From an uncultured Bacilli bacterium (GTDB lineage Bacteria > Bacillota_I > Bacilli_A > RF39 > UBA660), in assembly GCA_934098455.1 (NCBI GenBank), contig CAKOOU010000001.1, positions 135,933-199,932 of the forward strand: DNA of 64,000 nucleotides. The letters are read 5' to 3'. The translations under genes were made by a program, and so were the position numbers. This document shows positions 56,111 to 64,000 of the stretch, piece after piece. Below the pieces are notes generated by a model. The model was not told where the DNA came from. It saw only the letters and a program-made list of their open reading frames with translations, and did not search any database. The stretch's first letter is position 1, and every line of letters begins with the position of its first letter.

Positions 56111-59100
56111 TTACAACTCAACAAATTCATTATTAACAATACTATATAAATATAAATTAACTTTTTTATTAAAACTATTTTCTATATAATTTTTATAACC
56201 ATTTAATTGGTCAATATATTCTGGACTAGTCGTATTCATTAATTTATAATCTATAATATCAATATAATCATCATGTTCTAACATTAAATCTATAATACCA
56301 TGATATTTTTCATCACTATCTTCATATATAAACTCATATTCTTTATAAATTTTTGCATTATTAACACTTTTCATAATATCATTACTTAATAATTTATTTA
56401 CATAACTAATATCACTTTCATTTAAATCACTATAATCTGGATTTTTTAAATCAATACTTTCAAATAATTCATGCAAATATGTTCCTAACTCCATATTATT
56501 TTTAGTTGCATTATCTATTATATTCAAATTTTCTTTACTAAAATGTTTGTTAATAACTTCTTCTTTATCAACATTAATTTCTTTTATATTAATTTTATCT
56601 TCTATAATTTCAACATTATCACTAATATTGTATGTTTTAACATTATTATATTCATGTGTCAAATTAATTGTATTCAAGTCAACATCAATAAAATAATTAG
56701 ATATTCTAGAACGAATAGAAATAATTATATCTTTAAAACTTTTATATTTACTTCTTATTCTATTATCTATTACACCATTTGCCTCTACACCAAAACTATC
56801 TTCAGTATTAAAATTACCAACTATAATCATTTTTTCTTTAGCTCGTGTCACAGCAACATATAAAAGTCTTATTCTTTCACTTATATCCTCTTTTATATAA
56901 TTATCCTTAACAATATATTTAGTAATAATATCATCTAATCCCTCATTATTTATAGGAGTAATAATACCATATTTATTATCATATATTATTTTATCTTTTA
57001 AATCACTTAAATTAAAAGGTTTATCAAATCCACTAAAATAACATATATGATACTCCAATCCTTTAGATTTATGTATTGTCATTATTTTAACAGTATTTCC
57101 ATTAGTATCTGTCATATTTATTTTAATTTGTTTATCTTTACTAATAATATTATCCAAGTAATCACTAACATCTTCTATACCATATCCAATACTATCTAAA
57201 TCTCCAAAAGTTTTATATAAATAATCTATTATCATAGTTTTGTTATCTATATTGCCAACACTAATAAATTTGTTAATAACATCAAACTTATCAACAATAT
57301 TTTCAAGTATTTCTTGATTACTCATACTATCAATACTTTTAACAATTTCATTACATTTTATAAATATTTCATTATCCATAAATTTATTATTTAAAAATAT
57401 ATTAAATATATCATCATCATTAAAATCACTTAAATAACTTCTTGCAACTGATACAAAACTATATTTAAAACTAGTATCATATTCTTTATTTTTAATTTTA
57501 ATAATCAAATTAATTAAATTTTTTATTAAATAAAGTTCATTCTCATTTACTATATTTTCATCTTTATATAAAGTAGTAGGTATACCAACATATTCAAATA
57601 TCTTTTTATATAAATCAAAATTAGTAGTTCTATCCATTAAAATAACAAAATCTTTAAATTCAATATCTCTTAATATTTTTTCATCTTTATCAAATATTTG
57701 GTATTTATTATTTATTTTATCTTTTATATCTTTTGCAATAACAAAAGCTTCTATCTCTTCTTTTTTATATCCTAATTCTTTATCATATACATAATTATAT
57801 ATTTCTAAATTATTATTTTGATTAGTCTTTCCTTCTTCAATATATGTAGTATTACCAAATACCATATTATGACTTTCGCTGTATTCTGCTCCACCAATAT
57901 AGTTATCCATAATTAAATTAAACATAATATTGATGTCATCTAATACTTCAAATCTACTTCTAAAGTTTTTAACTAAATCTATTTTAATACCACCATCATG
58001 CGCCATATATCTATCATATTTATTTTTAAATAACAATGGATTAGCATTTCTAAATCTATATATACTTTGTTTAATATCTCCAACCATATATACATTATTA
58101 TTACTTATTAAATTTATAAAACTTTCTTGTAAATCACTAGTATCTTGGTATTCATCAACACATATTTCATTAAAACTATTTATAAGTTCATCTCTAACTT
58201 CTTTGTTATTCTTAACTATATTAATAGCCATAATACTTATATCGTTAAATTCATATTTATTAATACTTCTTTTATATTTATTTATCTTTACATCTAATTC
58301 TTTAATTATATCTATTATTGCACTCACATAATCTTTGGTACTAATAAGATTATTTTTAATATCATCTAATGTATAATAACACATGTTATTTATATCTTTA
58401 ATTATCTCACTTATTTCTTTCTTTATGCTTTTACCAAGTTCAGTAGCATTTCTTAATGGACTTAATTTAATATCATTTGAATTATTTTTTATAGCATCAT
58501 AATCATTAGATTTTAATAAATTATCTAACTCTAAATAATATTTATCAATATATTTTCCATCAACTTCACTAGATAAACTTATTAATAATTTTTTTATAGT
58601 ATTTACTTTTTCTAATAATAAATTAGTGTAGTCTAATATAATACTGTTTATAAAATTATCATTATAATAATTTTCTATATAGTTATTTAAATATTCATTT
58701 TTATTTTCTAACAAATCTATTTTACTATTTATATTAAGTATTAATTCCTTTAATTTTTTATCATCTTTAACACATAATAAATCAACTAATTTTAAAAATA
58801 AAGTATTATTGTTTTTATAATTTTCTTCAAATATATCTTCTAATATTTCTTCTTTTTTTAAATCTATTATGCTTGAATCGATTATACTTATATCGTTTCC
58901 AATATCAATTAAGTAATGATATTTTTTCACTATTGAAAGTGCAAATGAATCAAATGTAGTAATATAAGCATTATCTATATAATCTAATTCTTTTTTTAAA
59001 TTCAAGTCATTTTCAGCTTCTTTTTTTATTGATTTACGTATTCTATCCTTCATTTCGTGAGCAGCATTATTAGTGAATGTTAGAATTAATAAATTTTTTA

Positions 59101-59239
59101 TGCTTACCCCACTTTTTAAATTTCTAATAACTCTTTCAGTTAATACTGCTGTTTTACCACTACCTGCTCCAGCAGATACAATTATATTTTGACCACATTC
59201 ATTTATTGCAGTTTCTTGTTCTATTGTCCATCTTGGCAT
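56111..59239 (-). CDS. addA: ATP-dependent helicase/nuclease AddA (short form)
   Basis: It has Walker A AGAGSGKT, motif II VDEYQDT, and the C-terminal PD-(D/E)xK GIIDLMLEHDDYIDIIDYK. The start was set at MPRWTIEQ (ATG 59239). Confidence 0.88.
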   Translation of the reverse strand: MPRWTIEQETAINECGQNIIVSAGAGSGKTAVLTERVIRNLKSGVSIKNLLILTFTNNAAHEMKDRIRKSIKKEAENDLNLKKELDYIDNAYITTFDSFALSIVKKYHYLIDIGNDISIIDSSIIDLKKEEILEDIFEENYKNNNTLFLKLVDLLCVKDDKKLKELILNINSKIDLLENKNEYLNNYIENYYNDNFINSIILDYTNLLLEKVNTIKKLLISLSSEVDGKYIDKYYLELDNLLKSNDYDAIKNNSNDIKLSPLRNATELGKSIKKEISEIIKDINNMCYYTLDDIKNNLISTKDYVSAIIDIIKELDVKINKYKRSINKYEFNDISIMAINIVKNNKEVRDELINSFNEICVDEYQDTSDLQESFINLISNNNVYMVGDIKQSIYRFRNANPLLFKNKYDRYMAHDGGIKIDLVKNFRSRFEVLDDINIMFNLIMDNYIGGAEYSESHNMVFGNTTYIEEGKTNQNNNLEIYNYVYDKELGYKKEEIEAFVIAKDIKDKINNKYQIFDKDEKILRDIEFKDFVILMDRTTNFDLYKKIFEYVGIPTTLYKDENIVNENELYLIKNLINLIIKIKNKEYDTSFKYSFVSVARSYLSDFNDDDIFNIFLNNKFMDNEIFIKCNEIVKSIDSMSNQEILENIVDKFDVINKFISVGNIDNKTMIIDYLYKTFGDLDSIGYGIEDVSDYLDNIISKDKQIKINMTDTNGNTVKIMTIHKSKGLEYHICYFSGFDKPFNLSDLKDKIIYDNKYGIITPINNEGLDDIITKYIVKDNYIKEDISERIRLLYVAVTRAKEKMIIVGNFNTEDSFGVEANGVIDNRIRSKYKSFKDIIISIRSRISNYFIDVDLNTINLTHEYNNVKTYNISDNVEIIEDKINIKEINVDKEEVINKHFSKENLNIIDNATKNNMELGTYLHELFESIDLKNPDYSDLNESDISYVNKLLSNDIMKSVNNAKIYKEYEFIYEDSDEKYHGIIDLMLEHDDYIDIIDYKLMNTTSPEYIDQLNGYKNYIENSFNKKVNLYLYSIVNNEFVEL

Positions 59240-59444
59240 ACTTATCACCTACAATTTATTATATCATGTAATCTATAATAAACTCTATCAAAAATTATAT
59301 AATATTTTTTACAAATTTTAAGATTTATACAATATATAAAATGATATTGATAGTATTGGTAGTAAGTGTTATAATATGACATAAAAGAAAATAGTGTTGA
59401 AAACACAACAAAAATTAAATATTAGAATATTAGGAGGGTTTTGA

Positions 59445-60671
59445 ATGAAAATAAAAGATATAATATATGAAATACGTGGTATTAAGGTTATGATTGATAG
59501 TGATTTAGCATTTTTGTTAAATTATGAAACATTTAATCTAAATAAGGCAGTTAAAAGAAATATTAATAAGTTTGAAAAACAAGATTATTTTGAATTAACT
59601 AATGAATAATATGATCAATTGATATTCCAAAATGGAATGACTAATAATGGTAGAGGTGGAAGAAAAAATAATCCAAAAGTTTTTTCAAAAGAAGGAATAA
59701 GAACATTAAGTACAATTTTAAGAAAAGAAAATATTAAAGAAATAATTGATGAAATATTAGAAAAATTTGACGATAAAAATGAATTAATTTTATCTAACAA
59801 CAACGCTTTAATCCCAGTAAATACGGGAAATTCCTATCAAAACATGATATATGAAATAAGAGGACAATTATTAATGCTTGATAGTGATTTAGCAAAACTT
59901 TATGGTTGTGCCAATGGAACAAAAACAATAAATCAAGCGGTTAATAGAAATAGTGATTTATTTCCAGATGATTTTTATTTTAAGTTAACAACAGAAGAAT
60001 ATTTAAAAATTTTAAGGTCCCAGTCTGGGACCTTAAAAACAAAAAGAGGTACATTTTCAAAATATAAAGTAGGTGTTTTTACAGAACAAGGTGTAGCAAT
60101 GTTAGCAACTATTTTAAAAACAAAAATAGCAAAAGAAATAAATTTAGGAATTATGAGAGCTTTTGTAATAATGAGAAAATATATTTCTAAAACATTAATA
60201 AATTCAAATACTATAATATATAATCATGAAAATAGAATACAAAAATTAGAAGAAACATTTAATAAATTAGAAGTTAAAAAAGAACATTTATTCTTTGAAG
60301 GACAAATATATGACGCATATTCATTATTAATAGAAATACTAAGTGTTGCAAAAGAAGAAATAATTATAATAGATAATTATGCTGGTAGAGAACTATTTGA
60401 TATATTAAGAGATGTAAAATGTAATATAAAAGTAATTACAAAAAATACAAGTGAAGAATTGATAAAAAAACATAATAAACAATATAACAATGTAAATGTA
60501 ATACAAAATGATACATTTCATGATAGATTCATAATAATAGATAGAAAAATATTATATCATTCAGGAGCAAGTTTTAAAGATTTAGGAAAAAAGTGTTTTG
60601 CCATCAACAAATTAAATGATAATGAAATATTATCAAATTTAATATTAAAATTAAATTTATTATATAAATAA
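59445..60671 (+). pseudogene. Tandem ORF6N-domain protein with C-terminal HKD-like module, interrupted by an in-frame TAA (or a split gene)
   Basis: The first ORF6N domain reads MKIKDIIYEIRGIKVMIDSDLAFLLNYETFNLNKAVKRNINKFEKQDYFELTNE, then TAA (59607-59609). The same frame continues YDQLIFQNGMTNNGRGGRKNNPKVFSKEGIRTLSTIL. The second ORF6N copy is IYEIRGQLLMLDSDLAKLYG...FTEQGVAMLATIL. The C-terminus is FHDRFIIIDRKILYHSGASFKDLGKK. Confidence 0.6.
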
Positions 60672-60719
60672 AAGACAATGCCATAATAATTTGATAAAAT
60701 AAATATAGTGGTGATTAGT

Positions 60720-63080
60720 ATGAATGAACTAATAAATAATATAAAAGACAATACAATTTTAATTATTCCAGATAATATAAAAGAAGAAGTATTAAAAGAA
60801 ATAAGAGAGTTAGATAGAAAATTAAATATAAAAATATTTAACATAGATGAATTTATAAAAAAATTAACAATAGATTTTAATGAAGAAACAATTTATCAAA
60901 TTATGCTTAATTATAATATAAATTATTCTATTGCAAATCTTTATTTAAACAATATTAAATACGCCGAAGAAGATAGTAATAACTATAAATTACACAATCT
61001 TTTTAATATAAAAAATAATATAGACAAATATTTAATAAAAGATAATTTATTTAAAAAATTAATAAACAAAAAAGAAATAATAGTATATGGATATGACTAT
61101 ATTACAAAATATCAATATCATATATTAAAAAATGTTGAAAACATAAAAGTTATTAACAAAGAATATTATAATTACAATCATAATGTATATAAATTTAATA
61201 CATTAGAAGAAGAAGTTATATTTGTAGCAGAAGAAATAAGTAAATTATTAAACAATAACATAGATATTAACAATATATTTATATCAAACATAGATTCAAA
61301 TTATTATAAAGTAATAAAAAGAATATTTAAAATGTATAATATTCCAATAAACATAAAAGACACAAACAACGTATATCAAACAAATATAGGAAAATACTTT
61401 ATAAATAATTTATCAAACAATATAGAAGAATTAATAAATTCCATAAAAATAAAATTTGATATGACTAACAAAAAAAATAGTGAAATATTAAAAAAAATAA
61501 TAAGTATTCTTAATAAATTCTATTTTACAAAAGAATGTTTAAGTGTTAAAAGCAACATCATTGAAGTAATGAAAAAAACAAATTTAGAAAACACAAAATA
61601 TAAAAATGCAATTAATGAAATAAGTATTATAGACAATATAATTGACGATAATAAATATATATTCTTACTTAGTTTTAATTTAAATAAATTTCCAATAACA
61701 ATAAAAGATGAAGAATATATAAATGATAATATAAAATTTGATTATATGGAAAAAAGTTATGAAATGAATAATATAAACAAAGATTTGTATTATAAAGTCA
61801 TATCAAGTATTAAAAATTTAACAATTACTTACAAGGAAAAACATCTAAATGAATCTTTTTATCCAAGTGTTTTAATTGATGAATATAAGATGAATGTTAT
61901 TGATAAAAAAATAGAATATACTAATTATTCGAATGAACTAAATAAAGTATTTTTAACAAAATATTTAGATGAATTAATAAAATACAATAACAAAAATAAA
62001 AATACAAGTTTATTATACTCTAATTATGAAATAAATTATAATACTTACGATAATAGATATAAGATAATTAATAAAGAAAATTTATATAAATATTTAAATA
62101 ATAAATTTAATTTGAGTTATTCGAATATGGATAAATACTATCACTGTGCTTTTCAGTTTTATATATCAAGTATTCTAAAATTAGATGAGTTTGAAACAAA
62201 CTTAGGAAATTATATAGGAAATTTATATCATTATGTTTTAAGTAAAGCATTCGTTGATAATTTTGATTTTGATAAAACAGTAGACAATTATATAAAGAAT
62301 AACCCATATCCAGAAAGTTTCAAAAATAAATATTTTATAACAAAAGTATTAGATAATTTAAAAAATGTAATAAAAACTATAGAATATCAAAATACTTTAG
62401 GAAACATGAATGAATCATATTATGAAAAAAATATAATTGTTGAAAAATCAGGAATTATCAACACTACATTTAAAGGATTTATAGATAAAATATTAAAAAA
62501 AGATAATAATGTTGTAATAATAGATTATAAAACATATTCAATTGATATAAAATTAAATTATTTACCATATGGATTATCTATGCAATTACCTGTTTACCTA
62601 TACTTAACAAAAAATTATGATAAAGATATAGAAATAATAGGATTTTATATCCAAGAAATTTTAAACAATTCTAAATATAATAAGAAAGATAAAACTACAT
62701 TAAAAGAACAACAGAAAGATTCATTAAAACTTAAAGGTTATACAATAGGAAATGAAAGTAAAATAGCAATATTTGATACAACTTATGAAAAAAGTGAAAT
62801 GATTTATGGAATGAAACTATCCAGTAAAGGTTTTGATAGATATGCAAAAGTATTAACAGAAAAACAAATAAATAACATAATCGAATTAACAGATAATAAA
62901 ATAAAGGAATGTATTAATAATATTGAAAATGCAAATTTTGAAATAAACCCAAAAATGATTTTAGGAAAAAATATAGGCTGTGAACATTGTAAATACAAAG
63001 ATTTATGTTTCATGACAAATAGAGATATAAAAGAATTAGAAGAAATAAAAGATTTAGAATTTTTAGAACAAGTAGATTAA
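60720..63080 (+). CDS. addB: ATP-dependent helicase/nuclease AddB (short form, Fe-S nuclease domain)
   Basis: It has a C-terminal RecB-like nuclease VVIIDYKT. Its Cys ligands are YYHCAFQFY plus GCEHCKYKDLC (Cx2Cx5C). The N-terminus has no Walker A. The start was set at ATG 60720 after GGTGA. Confidence 0.85.
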   Translation: MNELINNIKDNTILIIPDNIKEEVLKEIRELDRKLNIKIFNIDEFIKKLTIDFNEETIYQIMLNYNINYSIANLYLNNIKYAEEDSNNYKLHNLFNIKNNIDKYLIKDNLFKKLINKKEIIVYGYDYITKYQYHILKNVENIKVINKEYYNYNHNVYKFNTLEEEVIFVAEEISKLLNNNIDINNIFISNIDSNYYKVIKRIFKMYNIPINIKDTNNVYQTNIGKYFINNLSNNIEELINSIKIKFDMTNKKNSEILKKIISILNKFYFTKECLSVKSNIIEVMKKTNLENTKYKNAINEISIIDNIIDDNKYIFLLSFNLNKFPITIKDEEYINDNIKFDYMEKSYEMNNINKDLYYKVISSIKNLTITYKEKHLNESFYPSVLIDEYKMNVIDKKIEYTNYSNELNKVFLTKYLDELIKYNNKNKNTSLLYSNYEINYNTYDNRYKIINKENLYKYLNNKFNLSYSNMDKYYHCAFQFYISSILKLDEFETNLGNYIGNLYHYVLSKAFVDNFDFDKTVDNYIKNNPYPESFKNKYFITKVLDNLKNVIKTIEYQNTLGNMNESYYEKNIIVEKSGIINTTFKGFIDKILKKDNNVVIIDYKTYSIDIKLNYLPYGLSMQLPVYLYLTKNYDKDIEIIGFYIQEILNNSKYNKKDKTTLKEQQKDSLKLKGYTIGNESKIAIFDTTYEKSEMIYGMKLSSKGFDRYAKVLTEKQINNIIELTDNKIKECINNIENANFEINPKMILGKNIGCEHCKYKDLCFMTNRDIKELEEIKDLEFLEQVD

Positions 63081-63169
63081 AACTATTTGTTTTTTCTTTA
63101 CGTAAACTACATGTAGTTATTAATAAATATATTAAACAACTATGATAAAATTAAAATAGAGGTAAGAAT

Positions 63170-64000
63170 ATGAATAAAGTTATTAAATATTTTATAATAA
63201 TAATCAACTTATATTGCATAATAGCATTATTTATTTATAGCAAAATATTTTATAAAAACTATATAAAAACTTCCAATATAAAAATTAGTTATAATAATAT
63301 AGTTAACGAAAATGATGAATATTTAATAAATGTAAAATACGCTAATCCTAAATCTAAATTATATTGTTCTATAGATAATAAAAATTGGATAGATATAAAT
63401 AATTGTAATATCAAATTAAAAAAAGGTGATTATACTATATATGTAAAAAATAATTATATGACCATTAATAAAGAATATAAAGTTGTAGAAAAATATGAGG
63501 GAACTATTAAGAGTAACATAGATATGTTAGAAGAATACTATTTAGCATTAAATGGAAACAAAAAAATAGAATTAAAATTTGATTATCCAGAAAATTTTGA
63601 TAAAACATATAAATGGATAATAGAAAATGAAGACATTATAAAAATAGAAAATGACACAATATATGGTCTAAAAGCAGGTAAAACAAACATAACAGTAAAG
63701 TTAAATGATGGAAATAAAAAAATTTTTAAAATAATTGTCACAAATTTAATAGTACCACTACACATAGATGAAAAAAAACAAACGTTAACATGTAATAGAT
63801 ATACTGAAGAAGAAAATGAAATTTTAGATAAAATATTAGCATCGCGTGTGAAAGAAGCAGGAGAGGGAACTAGAGGAGGTGTTATTGCAGCAGCAAGATT
63901 TTTAACTTTAGAATTCCCATATAATATAAGCTATTTTGCAGAAAATGGTAGACTTAAAAATCATGGATTACAATCCACAATTGATGGAGAAGGAAGATTT
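63170..64000 (+). CDS. Membrane-anchored protein with Big_2-like Ig domain (partial, continues beyond the window)
   Basis: ATG 63170 is followed by 277 open codons to the window end. It has the N-terminal TM segment YFIIIINLYCIIALFIY and a Big_2-like IIKIENDTIYGLKAGKTNITVKLNDGNKKIFKIIV. It is absent from the ORF track because it has no stop in the window. Confidence 0.65.
   Translation, partial: MNKVIKYFIIIINLYCIIALFIYSKIFYKNYIKTSNIKISYNNIVNENDEYLINVKYANPKSKLYCSIDNKNWIDINNCNIKLKKGDYTIYVKNNYMTINKEYKVVEKYEGTIKSNIDMLEEYYLALNGNKKIELKFDYPENFDKTYKWIIENEDIIKIENDTIYGLKAGKTNITVKLNDGNKKIFKIIVTNLIVPLHIDEKKQTLTCNRYTEEENEILDKILASRVKEAGEGTRGGVIAAARFLTLEFPYNISYFAENGRLKNHGLQSTIDGEGRF

Noticed and set aside
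1-64000. CRISPR arrays, tRNA genes and rRNA genes
   Set aside because: No regularly spaced direct repeats were seen by eye. No cloverleaf-like GC-rich ~75-nt segments or rRNA-like conserved blocks were seen either. The repeated elements found are dispersed single copies, not arrays.

Overview
This window covers the chromosomal replication-origin region of a very AT-rich, endospore-forming Bacillota genome that uses the standard genetic code. The lineage looks Bacilli/Erysipelotrichia-like (rpoE delta subunit, ComK, AddAB, spoIIR/spoIID/murA cluster), but the species cannot be called from sequence alone. The layout is gyrB-recF-comK-dnaN-dnaA on the minus strand, then oriC, then rpmH-rnpA-yidC-jag-mnmE-mnmG-rsmG-parB on the plus strand. 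Housekeeping genes follow: PBP, rpoE, prfA, prmC, spoIIR, mntP, murA, rpmE, rpiB, spoIID, PFOR and recG. Next come a ~9.3 kb decayed integrative island, a TetR/ABC exporter, gpmA, cadCA, a deacetylase, a compact UvrD-like helicase, and a divergently split addA/addB pair. The strongest unexplained signal is a module present three times (about 13.3-14.6 kb, 26.6-27.9 kb and 54.8-56.1 kb). Each copy has a 24-30 codon hydrophobic peptide ORF whose 5' leader pairs with its own 3' UTR. Each copy also has a convergent antisense sRNA unit with its own promoter and terminator, which is the layout of a type I toxin-antitoxin. Each copy sits directly upstream of a paralogous N-terminally anchored extracytoplasmic protein gene. 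The island (about 33.58-42.88 kb) has recognisable att-like cores and arm-type repeats and appears to have inserted at the 3' end of a candidate C-rich sRNA. It carries a membrane-anchored KAP P-loop NTPase, integrase and HNH remnants, and an HTH-mod-res type III R-M system. Other observations are two candidate sRNAs flanking recG, a CCCCCTG/CAGGGGG motif over-represented in non-coding RNA-like contexts, and a promoter-plus-terminator leader duplicated before two unrelated genes. A nonsense-interrupted tandem ORF6N gene lies between addA and addB. No rRNA, tRNA or CRISPR array was seen. All calls rest on reading the sequence and on remembered family motifs; no database search was run.
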